From an uncultured virus (IMG/VR IMGVR_UViG_3300030060_005326) (Duplodnaviria; Heunggongvirae; Uroviricota; Caudoviricetes), in the IMG/VR virus record IMGVR_UViG_3300030060_005326: a stretch of DNA of 64,000 nucleotides; one strand, given 5' to 3'. This document shows, in pieces, positions 1-8,445 of the stretch (positions within the stretch are counted from its first letter, which is position 1; the number at the start of each line of letters is the position of its first letter). Below the pieces are notes generated by a model. It was given only the letters and a program-made list of their open reading frames with translations. It had not been told where the DNA came from and did no database searches. The position numbers and the translations under genes are program-made.

Positions 1-55
1 CCTAAGCTACGTGTCGGACATCTCAAATCTTTTTTCGTTTAAAAACCTTGAAAAA
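1..55. repeat. 55-bp exact repeat of 60918-60972 (circular junction / assembly branch point)
   Basis: CCTAAGCTAC...CCTTGAAAAA is identical at 1-55 and 60918-60972; first mismatch at base 56 (a vs c). Confidence 0.95.
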
Positions 56-76
56 ATAAGCATACCCTCGTATTTT
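48..76 (+). promoter_or_regulatory. sigma70-type promoter TTGAAA-17-TATTTT
   Basis: Same hexamers and 17-nt spacing in the other allele (60965-60993) although the spacer diverged; ATG at 86. Confidence 0.7.
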
Positions 77-85
77 TCCTAACAT

Positions 86-283
86 ATGAAAAGCATTGAA
101 TTAGATAACAACGAAATATCAGCGACTATCCAGCTCATCGACATTGCCATTAAACATCCTCAACTGGGTGGGGGAAAAGTCGCGGGAGCAGGAAGTTTTC
201 TTCTTGGAAAATTTACTGCGGCTCTAAATGAGGGAGCTGAAGAACCACAAGAGGTGGAACAAATAGAAGAAGTTGAAGAGTAA
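86..283 (+). CDS. small acidic protein, possible tail-fibre assembly factor (allele A)
   Basis: Homologous to 61002..61190; TAATG stop/start overlap with next gene. Confidence 0.75.
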   Translation: MKSIELDNNEISATIQLIDIAIKHPQLGGGKVAGAGSFLLGKFTAALNEGAEEPQEVEQIEEVEE

Positions 284-1542
284 TGGCTGTTCAACGGAAT
301 CAACCCAGCCCTCAAAGGCAAACTGTTCTATCATTCGTATCACCGAATGTTCAGGACTTATTGTTCTTTGAAACAGTAGATGCCCAGAGGGTAGGGAAGA
401 CTCCTCCAGCATACGGAACGGCACACCCTGACACTACAAATTTTCCTGACCATACATTAGCATATGTCAAACAAGCTGACCCTAATGGTCAGTTGTATTA
501 TTACTATTATGCTAATACGAGAACATCTCAAGATGAATACAACTTTGAATATTCACAAGCTAGTTTAGGGCAAACGAAGTTTGATACTGTTGTCAGAACT
601 TATGTAAGTCTCCGTTCCTCTTTTACAGAGGATGATAGCTCTGTTACTGCTGGATCGGCTATGCCGACAGCTCCAACTGCTGCCAATTTTTCTGGCAAAG
701 GTTATGCTTTGATGAGCAGACAACAGAAGAGAATAGGGGATCGAGAGCTTGATGGTATATTTGTTGTTGAGCAGAGAACTTATTTTGTTCGTGAAGATAT
801 TGAAAATCTAAAGTGGGATGATTTATCTCACAGAAACTTAAAGAGCACGGTAAGTTATTACTTTAAAGGAGAAACTCCTTCAGGAGCAGGAGCTACTATC
901 GAAGCTCTTGTAGTAGATTCCGATAATGCGTGGTGGCAAACTACAACAACTGATGACGGCAGTTTCAAAATAGGTTCCTATAGGGAAGGAAGACAGATAT
1001 CTTCTGATTGGTTTGAGGTGGTTCAGAAAGAAGTTATAGCGGGAACAGCAGATGGGGATAACATATTAGTGGATGAGTATTTTACTAGTATGGATCACAC
1101 GTTTCCTCCTGTTTTAGAATCAATAGGTATAGCAGCGTGGGAAAGACATGATGGTCAGCTATTAGCTTTTCCTGAATACCATATGAACCCCGAAGCTTAT
1201 CGAGGTCCTTGCAAAGTTAAAGTTACTGTCAAATGGTCCGCTAACAAATTTTCTGACACTAACGGCAGCGAACCAGCAGCTAAAGCTATGATGCCTCAAT
1301 CATTCACTTTCGGAACTCCATATGTGAGATTAACTGTTCCGCCTTGTTTGATGAATGGGGGATCTTTGTCAGCGACAACAGGAACGGTAGACCCAGTATA
1401 TAAATATTCTGTTTATCAGAAAAAACTTCCAAAAACAGACCCACCAACTTGGCCTGATACAATTGTTGTCCGAGATAAACAAGAACCTGCTAGAGGAGGT
1501 TATGTTAGAACTACTTGGACAGTATACAAACCAGAGTTTTAG
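283..1542 (+). CDS. putative tail/virion structural protein (allele A)
   Basis: 419 aa; clear homologue at 61190..62491; lies in tail module. Confidence 0.7.
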   Translation: MAVQRNQPSPQRQTVLSFVSPNVQDLLFFETVDAQRVGKTPPAYGTAHPDTTNFPDHTLAYVKQADPNGQLYYYYYANTRTSQDEYNFEYSQASLGQTKFDTVVRTYVSLRSSFTEDDSSVTAGSAMPTAPTAANFSGKGYALMSRQQKRIGDRELDGIFVVEQRTYFVREDIENLKWDDLSHRNLKSTVSYYFKGETPSGAGATIEALVVDSDNAWWQTTTTDDGSFKIGSYREGRQISSDWFEVVQKEVIAGTADGDNILVDEYFTSMDHTFPPVLESIGIAAWERHDGQLLAFPEYHMNPEAYRGPCKVKVTVKWSANKFSDTNGSEPAAKAMMPQSFTFGTPYVRLTVPPCLMNGGSLSATTGTVDPVYKYSVYQKKLPKTDPPTWPDTIVVRDKQEPARGGYVRTTWTVYKPEF

Positions 1543-1544
1543 AG

Positions 1545-3215
1545 ATGTCAAAGCGTGAGGGTTTTTTCCAGAGAATAAAAAATTTTCTTTCTGAAGGAGT
1601 AGAGGAATCAGTTTCTGAAGTAGTAGAAGAAATAGATACTTCTATAGAAGATCCTGAAGTGTCATCACTTCCTTCTATTAGGTATACACCCAACACAAGT
1701 GAGGCAGAAGTAGAGGGAACAGATTCTTTTTATCAAGCAAGGCCCTTTAGTGCAGATGCGGGAAAGGAAGTCCCTCACCAAGATGTAAGATATCGTCAAG
1801 AGCATGAACCATACAGGTATGAGCCAGAGGGAGATGGTAATGTTTGTGTGACTCGTGCGCGTTTGTATGAAGTTCACCCCCTTACGAATAACATAAATAT
1901 ACACGAGTTATCCCCACTTAAAATTAAAGTCACTCGTGATTGTGTTGTTTACTCTGAGTTTTTTACGAACGATCAAGGAGCAATTATCGATGGAGCAGAC
2001 CCCGATGATGGTAAGTATAGATTAAAGGTTGCCAAAACTTTACCTGCGGGGACTCACTTTCAATTGCCTGATGAAGATGGGGCTAATGGAGTAGATGGAA
2101 AGTATTACATCCCTTTGTTTTACATAAAAGGTGGGCAGCTAGACAGAGACCACTGGAATAATGTCGGTTTAGATCCAACCGATAACAATAACCCTAGAAC
2201 CGTTCAATTATTCGGAGGTCTGAGGGGACATAGGGGACCTCTCTGGTGGCATAGAGGATACAACAAATTGGTAAACCTAGGTGACGGGAAGAACGTCTAT
2301 AAGAGGTATGTTCTTTTCAACGACGAGAAAGAATTACGATCTATAGATACAAGACCTCAACCAGAAGATTCCTCTACGGGATTTACTTTTGGTCCCTTCT
2401 CAGCGGCGAATCAAATAAATGTAGATTATAGCGACGATAATAACGAGATCCATGTCTATGGAAACCGCTACAACAAACACTGGAAGATAGGTGGAGTAGG
2501 GGTAGCTGTTGTTCAGGATGGTTTAGTTTCATGTATTAGTGATCTCAATTGCAAAGATTTAACGACTAGAGCACTTAACACTACTACAGTTCTTACTGGA
2601 TCTGGGACAACAACCGTATTGACTGGCTCCTCTTCTATTTCCGTCCTAACAGGAGGCAGCACAACTGCTGTTGTAAATAGTGTTGGAAACACTAATGTAG
2701 CTATAGCCCCAGAGTCTTCAGACATGGTTAATGTATGGAGTGGTGGGACAGCTACGAATGTTTGGTCAGGAGGGACTGCTAATGCTGGAGGAGGTTTGAC
2801 TGCATTTAAAGTGAGTAAATGTGGTTCTACGACCGATTGTGTTTGGGTTTTGGGTATTGACGCTTCAGGATCGTATGAGTCTTCTGCTCCTACTTTTCCT
2901 GCATTTATCACTGGTGCAACATCTGTGGCAGGAATTACGGGAGCTAGCTTCACTAGCGTTGTAAAAACATTGAGCACTACTAGTGTTTTAAATTCTTCAA
3001 CTACAACAAATGTTCTTATTGGCACGACCACCGCGAGTGCTATTTCCGCAGCATCAACTACTACAGTTTTAACTGCGGGTAGCACTACTAGTGTTTATGC
3101 AGCTCATGCTTCAGGCACACACAAATTCTTGGAAGCTCCTAGTGGAAGTTCTGATTCTAGCGTAGTTAAGGTAGTAGAATGCCCTACTGGTTCTGACCTT
3201 TGCCCAGCTACTTAG
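1545..3215 (+). CDS. putative tail spike/needle protein with Thr/Ser-rich 9-aa repeats (allele A)
   Basis: Start moved to ATG 1545 (MSKREGFFQ) by comparison with allele B (MAKEGFFQ at 62491); TTTVLTGSG-type repeats in C-terminal half. Confidence 0.65.
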   Translation: MSKREGFFQRIKNFLSEGVEESVSEVVEEIDTSIEDPEVSSLPSIRYTPNTSEAEVEGTDSFYQARPFSADAGKEVPHQDVRYRQEHEPYRYEPEGDGNVCVTRARLYEVHPLTNNINIHELSPLKIKVTRDCVVYSEFFTNDQGAIIDGADPDDGKYRLKVAKTLPAGTHFQLPDEDGANGVDGKYYIPLFYIKGGQLDRDHWNNVGLDPTDNNNPRTVQLFGGLRGHRGPLWWHRGYNKLVNLGDGKNVYKRYVLFNDEKELRSIDTRPQPEDSSTGFTFGPFSAANQINVDYSDDNNEIHVYGNRYNKHWKIGGVGVAVVQDGLVSCISDLNCKDLTTRALNTTTVLTGSGTTTVLTGSSSISVLTGGSTTAVVNSVGNTNVAIAPESSDMVNVWSGGTATNVWSGGTANAGGGLTAFKVSKCGSTTDCVWVLGIDASGSYESSAPTFPAFITGATSVAGITGASFTSVVKTLSTTSVLNSSTTTNVLIGTTTASAISAASTTTVLTAGSTTSVYAAHASGTHKFLEAPSGSSDSSVVKVVECPTGSDLCPAT

Positions 3216-3221
3216 CACACC

Positions 3222-3250
3222 TTGACTATTCAGTCTTTTTCCGTTAGGCT
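3222..3250 (+). promoter_or_regulatory. sigma70-type promoter TTGACT-17-TAGGCT (leaderless)
   Basis: Intergenic; ATG 3256 lies 5 nt after the -10 hexamer. Confidence 0.6.
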
Positions 3251-3255
3251 ATGGT

Positions 3256-4218
3256 ATGGCTACTCTTACCGTAGCGGGTGTCGAAGAGGCCCTGTCTAAA
3301 TTTAAATCAGTAGGTTCCTCCTTTACGCAGGAGCTTAATTTAGTGTTGCCCCGTCTTTATGCGATGGGTATGTGGAGAGATTTGTTGTATGAGACAACTA
3401 TATCTACAACAGATGGTAATTTTACTCTGCCAGATGACGCTGAATCTATTGTTTCTGCATTAATCGACAACGATCCTGCCCGTGCCAAGAGTCAGTTCCA
3501 TGACTACAGAATAACAGGAAGAAACAAGGATGGAACAACTCTAGATCAGTTTGGCTTAGTTGATGATGGGTTTGTCCCTGCTATCAACGAGTTAGATTCT
3601 TCGAAGAGTTACTCTATTCATGTAGAACCAATTAAGCCTGAAACAACAATCCCCAGAACAAGTAGTAATTTTATTACGGTAACAGGATTGAATAATAGCA
3701 CTACTCCTGAAACTATTGAGTATACTGCTAGTTTTGATACAGCTTCTTCTGGAGTATCCTCCAGCTCTCTTTTTACTAAGATCACAGAAATAAGGAATGG
3801 TGATTCCTCCCTCCCGAATCCTGTAAAAATATCTGCGGTTAATTCTACTGATGCCACGGATAAGCTAGAGCTAGCCACGGTTCAGGAAGCGAATAAGGTA
3901 AACTCCTACAGGAGGTATAGGATTGGTAATGATCCATCAAATACCATTAAGAAGACTATAAGGGTTCTGGTCAAACGTAAGTTTAAGACTCTAATAAATT
4001 CTTATGATGTGGTTAGACCTAGCAACTTGAATGCTATCAAACACGCACTCTTAGGAAGCGTTGCCGAAGAAAATGCAGATTTAGAAAGGGCAAACTATCA
4101 TTGGAATGTTTGCCGTCAACTTCTCGACGAAGAGCTAGATGCTTATCGAGGAGAAGCGAAACCCGTTTTAAGGTTCGATCCTTCGGGATCAGGATCAAGA
4201 ATACCTAACATTGTATAA
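3256..4218 (+). CDS. putative head-tail adaptor / tail tubular protein
   Basis: 320 aa; helical N- and C-termini around a beta-rich core, as in podovirus adaptor proteins; position in virion module. Confidence 0.5.
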   Translation: MATLTVAGVEEALSKFKSVGSSFTQELNLVLPRLYAMGMWRDLLYETTISTTDGNFTLPDDAESIVSALIDNDPARAKSQFHDYRITGRNKDGTTLDQFGLVDDGFVPAINELDSSKSYSIHVEPIKPETTIPRTSSNFITVTGLNNSTTPETIEYTASFDTASSGVSSSSLFTKITEIRNGDSSLPNPVKISAVNSTDATDKLELATVQEANKVNSYRRYRIGNDPSNTIKKTIRVLVKRKFKTLINSYDVVRPSNLNAIKHALLGSVAEENADLERANYHWNVCRQLLDEELDAYRGEAKPVLRFDPSGSGSRIPNIV

Positions 4219-4221
4219 ATT

Positions 4222-4410
4222 ATGACCGAACTAATTCAGTATCTTAGCGAAAATAAAGAAAGTATCCTTGCGACATTGACCGCAGTAGTTGCCGCAGCTT
4301 CTGCTCTATGCGCCTTAACTCCAACTCCTAAAGACGATAGCATCGTCCGCAAGCTATATCGGGTTGTTGAGTGGTTAGCTCTAAATGTAGGAAAGGCTAA
4401 GGATAAGTAA
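4222..4410 (+). CDS. holin-like small membrane protein
   Basis: 62 aa; hydrophobic ILATLTAVVAAASALCAL followed by TPTPKDD; starts lysis cassette. Confidence 0.6.
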   Translation: MTELIQYLSENKESILATLTAVVAAASALCALTPTPKDDSIVRKLYRVVEWLALNVGKAKDK

Positions 4411-4625
4411 TGCGCTTTATGCGTTTAGTAACTGCCGCATTAGAAGCTTTTGTGGCGTATATGAATTCAAAGAACAGACGATATATAGATGAGATCGAGG
4501 ATGAGATTGATGAGCTTGCCCGTATTGGGACTCCTTCTGCAAAGCTGCGGATTGAAAGATTGGGCAAACGACTCAGCCGTGAACGGCAGCGCACTCTACG
4601 ATCCTCCGACAGTAACGCTGATTGA
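4410..4625 (+). CDS. putative inner-membrane spanin-like protein
   Basis: N-terminal hydrophobic stretch, then charged helical region; overlapped by a lipoprotein ORF in another frame. Confidence 0.45.
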   Translation: MRFMRLVTAALEAFVAYMNSKNRRYIDEIEDEIDELARIGTPSAKLRIERLGKRLSRERQRTLRSSDSNAD

Positions 4626-4731
4626 AGGGCAGCAGTATGAGTTTGTGGAGGGGGTTTTGACAGGCAGGAAAAACCATAAGTTCCACAGCAACTACTCATA
4701 TTTAAGAGCAATTACTATTGGAAACAAATGA
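4501..4731 (+). CDS. lipoprotein, putative outer-membrane spanin (Rz1-like)
   Basis: MRLMSLPVLGLLLQSC: lipobox-like LQS-C; overlaps 4410..4625 in a different frame; exact start uncertain (4489/4501/4510). Confidence 0.55.
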   Translation: MRLMSLPVLGLLLQSCGLKDWANDSAVNGSALYDPPTVTLIEGQQYEFVEGVLTGRKNHKFHSNYSYLRAITIGNK

Positions 4732-4901
4732 ACTCTTCGAAGCTGCTAGATACCCTTTTAGGAACCTTAACCCCGACCATTGCTATCGCAGCTTCAATGC
4801 AGGAGCAGATAGAGTATTGGTTGAGAGTTATTTCTCTAGTCTTAGGAATCGCAGTAGCTGCGGTATCTCTATATCGATTAATTTTTAAATATAAGAAATG
4901 A
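4728..4901 (+). CDS. 57-aa membrane protein, holin-like (not in ORF track)
   Basis: MNSSKLLDTLLGTLTPTIAIAASMQEQIEYWLRVISLVLGIAVAAVSLYRLIFKYKK; ATGA overlaps at both ends; hydrophobic segments and basic C-terminus. Confidence 0.7.
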   Translation: MNSSKLLDTLLGTLTPTIAIAASMQEQIEYWLRVISLVLGIAVAAVSLYRLIFKYKK

Positions 4902-5446
4902 TAGGATTAGCTATTGGACATTCCAGAAGAGGAGACTCAGGCGCATACACTGTGGGAAATCCTAGTGTGAGCGAGAAGAAGTTTAACACTGGTTTGATTC
5001 CTCTAGTTACGCCTAAGTTAAAAGTCCCATATAAAGTTTATGATGATTATCATAACTCAAGTTATATAGGGGCTATGAATTATGTTTCCCGAAAAATGCG
5101 GGAAGATAAAGTAGATGCTTGCATAGAGTTCCATTTCAATGCCGCAGGGCCTTCTGCAACAGGGCATGAGTGGTTGCACTGGGAAACTAGCAGAGGGGGT
5201 AAAAGACTCGCTACCTCACTAAAGAACGCTATGGATGCGGCATACCCAGAGTTAGCTTCTCGCGGAGTAAAAGCGAGGGGCAAAGGAGAACGTGGAGCTA
5301 TGTTCCTTAGAAAGACTCCATGTTATGCCTGTATAGCCGAACCATTCTTCGGCTCAAATTTATCTGATGTGGTTTTAATACAGTCTGACCTAGATAAATT
5401 AGCAACAGTTTACGCCGAAGGAATCAATGAGTTTTATGGTAAATGA
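4898..5446 (+). CDS. N-acetylmuramoyl-L-alanine amidase (Amidase_3-type endolysin)
   Basis: AIGHS...SEKKFN...IEFHFNA...IAEPFF: Zn ligands H/E/H and catalytic E of the Amidase_3 family. Confidence 0.9.
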   Translation: MIGLAIGHSRRGDSGAYTVGNPSVSEKKFNTGLIPLVTPKLKVPYKVYDDYHNSSYIGAMNYVSRKMREDKVDACIEFHFNAAGPSATGHEWLHWETSRGGKRLATSLKNAMDAAYPELASRGVKARGKGERGAMFLRKTPCYACIAEPFFGSNLSDVVLIQSDLDKLATVYAEGINEFYGK

Positions 5447-5742
5447 TTATACCAAAATCAATACGCATCGCTGGACAGACGATTAAGATCCGAATAGCGG
5501 ACCTTAGCGATGAAGATTTGTATGGGTATTATAGCCATGAACGAAAAATGATTTTCATATCGGATCGTTTAGAAGGAAAAGAACTTCTAAACACGGTGCG
5601 CCATGAGTTAATGGAAGCCTCGCTATGCCTTTCTGGAGTAGGGTTTTGTGAAACCTTCGAACAGGAAGCTGTAGTGCGGTGTATGGATGAAGTGTTTTTC
5701 CCTGCCTACGAGCGTTTTTTAAAACGAGTAGGTGAAGGATGA
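5443..5742 (+). CDS. small zincin-like protein (HExxE variant)
   Basis: LYGYY...IFIS...NTVRHELMEA resembles minimal phage metallopeptidase domains. Confidence 0.55.
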   Translation: MIIPKSIRIAGQTIKIRIADLSDEDLYGYYSHERKMIFISDRLEGKELLNTVRHELMEASLCLSGVGFCETFEQEAVVRCMDEVFFPAYERFLKRVGEG

Positions 5743-6275
5743 GCAGGAAAAAACTACCCCCTAATTTTTCTAGAGCTAAAGGTATGTTAGTGTTCACTCC
5801 CACGAGTGATCATGTCAAAGAAGCTTTTGAAAGAAGCGAACAGTTAGGAGTCTTACCGAACTCATTTACGAGGGGTGCGGGTAGGATGACTGGGTTTTTA
5901 GGGGAAGTAGCTTTTGAATGTTTATACCCTCAAGCCTTATACAAAGGAGATGTAGAATTCACGCACGACTATGTCTTAGGTAACAAGACAATAGACATAA
6001 AATCTAAAAGTTGTGCAGGTGTCCCTCAACCTCACTATACCGCTTCGGTTAATTGTGCAGAAAACAAGAATCTGTCAGCTAAAGTTTATTTCTTTGTCCG
6101 TGTGAGAAAAGATTTTCAAAAGGCTTGGCTACTGGGTTGGGCTACAGCTACCAAAATTCAAAAGAGTGCCGAATATAAGCGTAGAGGAGAACCCGATGAT
6201 TATGGGTTCACATATAAAGTAGATGGGTATCATTTACCTATATCAGCCCTTAGAAGGGCTGGGTCTCTAAAGTAG
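5739..6275 (+). CDS. PD-(D/E)xK-like nuclease
   Basis: GFLGEVAF...HDYVLGNKTIDIKSK motif pattern. Confidence 0.55.
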   Translation: MSRKKLPPNFSRAKGMLVFTPTSDHVKEAFERSEQLGVLPNSFTRGAGRMTGFLGEVAFECLYPQALYKGDVEFTHDYVLGNKTIDIKSKSCAGVPQPHYTASVNCAENKNLSAKVYFFVRVRKDFQKAWLLGWATATKIQKSAEYKRRGEPDDYGFTYKVDGYHLPISALRRAGSLK

Positions 6276-8445
6276 ACTCCTCGTTCTCTACCTCCATGTC
6301 ACTATCGATATCGTAAGCAGAGGTAACGTCCATAACCCAAACCTTACCACTCCCTTTACCTATAGATCTGATAGGTCTAATACTTTTATTAGATTTCCCA
6401 ACATCCTCTAGGTGAGACAATCCATTCCTGACAAATTCTAGTTTGTTGGAAGCTCCCAAAGCTCGTCCGTTGTTGTATGTGTGAATGGCTACTTGGAACT
6501 CAGTTATTGTGCCTCTCCATTCTACCATCCTGTCATTCTGCTCTCTACAAGCTTTGGCAAAGAAGTCCACTAGCTCAGACACCTGAGATCTACTTGAGTT
6601 ATCATAAGCAGCGTAGGATATGCTCTTATCAATGAAGCTCTTCACACCGAACCTGTCATCGTCCAAAACTTCTACTGGGGGCTTCCAGTCCATAAGCCAC
6701 TTCGCAAAGTGAGGTAGCTCTTGTTCGATTAATGCTTCCAGTTCCGCTTTTGGGGGAAAGACGAAAGGCTCTGCACAAACTTTAAAAGCCATGAGTTTAT
6801 CCTTGTTGCTAGAGTCCATGGCAGGAAGAACACTCATAGAGTTAGGGTCATCGTTAAGGCTCAGTATAATTCTACCTGCCCATGGGAGGGTCACAGCATC
6901 TGCATACTTTGCCATAAATTGAATCTTGGGGTTGGCTACGCCACGCTTTATTAGCTCTGTAGCTTTCCTTTGATCCTGAAAAGATGCTGCTGATACGGTG
7001 TCATCAATAACCCAACACGCAGCTCTACCTAAATCTTTGTTGAACTTAGTTCCTCCAGATAAGTAATCACTAGCGTCTGCAAAACCCCCGACAAGAGCAG
7101 CGATAATCTTATTCGATAAAAGTGTTTTACCTCGTTTAGCGGGACCTACCAGAATACAAGCTTGTCCCTGATCTTCCTTATTGTTGTAAAATGCTTTGTA
7201 GTATCTTTGCAGCCAAGCAAAGAAAAAGTATTTAGTTCTGACCTTCGTTGAGTCCACGAAGAACTGATCGAAGAACATATTAAGAAAAGGCCATTTGCTT
7301 GGGTCTCCATCATCTGCGGGTTCTATTGGGGTAACAGTAGCGGAGTTCAGAATCTGCATTCCGTTAAAAGAAACGATCCTTTGATTTCTTCTGAATACAA
7401 CAGGAGCAATCTCATCTATCCTGTTCTGGTTGCTGATCAGAACAATCGCTGCCTCTACTTCTGTAATATTCTCCCCCTTCTTGGGTCTACCCCCTTTGAA
7501 GCCACGTTGCTTCAATTCTAGAACTAGCTGATCTCTAGGGATAACTTTAGCTGTTCCATGTAAGAGCTTAAAAAACTGTTTCCCATTGAACCAATACTCA
7601 TCGAGTAAGTCCCCCATCTTCTGCTCCTCGAAGTCTTTTACAAAGTCAGGGCCGAATATATCTCTCCAAGTCTTCCATGGGAAATCACGGTCAGAGTAAA
7701 CTACCATCCCGTCTTCAAAGACCTGACAACCCTCTCTTTCGATACCATCGTCTATCCAGAACAACGGTCCTCTAGACCCCACTTCGAAATCCCCTATCCA
7801 CCTGTTAGGAAACTTCTTCTCTACTTCTTGTGCTATTTTTTCTATGGGGATCGAAGTGTCTGTAGACTCTGGTGGTTTTTCTTTGGCAGCTTTGAACAAA
7901 GCTGTTTGCACTATAGTGGTTGAAATTTTACCACCCATGCTTACCCAATTAGTTCCTATCTCCATTAACTGAGATGGGGATTCTGATTTAGAATCATACC
8001 CTGCAAATATTTTGTGATATTGCAGAGACTGTTTTAAGTATTTGAAGAACCCTGCGACTAGGGAGTGATGGATAGATAGTGTTTCTTCTAACTCAAAATA
8101 TAGTCGGATATAACCACTAAAGGTTCTGCAATACCATGCGGGTAAAGCCTTCGGGCATTTAGCTGTGATAATATCCTTAATGTTTGCCCAGTCAGGTGGA
8201 GCATCGAAGTCCACAGGGATACAGTTAATTTTGCATATCTTATTCTCCCCTTCAATTCTGGCGTTGGGATTGATGCCCTCGAATCCTGTCAGAAACGCAT
8301 GGTCCGTTTCGCTGCTGGCACACCACTCTCTGTATAAAGCTTTTGATTTAAACTCAGGTATAGGGTTTACTTTTATTTCTGTGGGATCATCAACAGCTAT
8401 TAGAGCTTGTTTGGATTTTAAGTTTTTAAGGTATTTAATTTTCAT
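6250..8445 (-). CDS. primase-helicase (C-terminal SF3-type P-loop ATPase)
   Basis: Walker A GPAKRGKT, Walker B WVIDD, IILSLN motif C; N-terminal VDFD...RTFSGYIRL prim-pol-like region; ATGA overlap with polymerase. Confidence 0.75.
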   Translation of the reverse strand: MKIKYLKNLKSKQALIAVDDPTEIKVNPIPEFKSKALYREWCASSETDHAFLTGFEGINPNARIEGENKICKINCIPVDFDAPPDWANIKDIITAKCPKALPAWYCRTFSGYIRLYFELEETLSIHHSLVAGFFKYLKQSLQYHKIFAGYDSKSESPSQLMEIGTNWVSMGGKISTTIVQTALFKAAKEKPPESTDTSIPIEKIAQEVEKKFPNRWIGDFEVGSRGPLFWIDDGIEREGCQVFEDGMVVYSDRDFPWKTWRDIFGPDFVKDFEEQKMGDLLDEYWFNGKQFFKLLHGTAKVIPRDQLVLELKQRGFKGGRPKKGENITEVEAAIVLISNQNRIDEIAPVVFRRNQRIVSFNGMQILNSATVTPIEPADDGDPSKWPFLNMFFDQFFVDSTKVRTKYFFFAWLQRYYKAFYNNKEDQGQACILVGPAKRGKTLLSNKIIAALVGGFADASDYLSGGTKFNKDLGRAACWVIDDTVSAASFQDQRKATELIKRGVANPKIQFMAKYADAVTLPWAGRIILSLNDDPNSMSVLPAMDSSNKDKLMAFKVCAEPFVFPPKAELEALIEQELPHFAKWLMDWKPPVEVLDDDRFGVKSFIDKSISYAAYDNSSRSQVSELVDFFAKACREQNDRMVEWRGTITEFQVAIHTYNNGRALGASNKLEFVRNGLSHLEDVGKSNKSIRPIRSIGKGSGKVWVMDVTSAYDIDSDMEVENEESTLETQPF

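Noticed and set aside
1..55. Biological direct terminal repeat or att site
   Set aside because: Exactly 55 bp, begins inside a gene, no integrase; better explained as an assembly k-mer overlap
1..3215. Diversity-generating retroelement (template/variable repeat pair) explaining the two tail alleles
   Set aside because: No reverse transcriptase; differences span kilobases, include indels and synonymous changes, and are not adenine-specific
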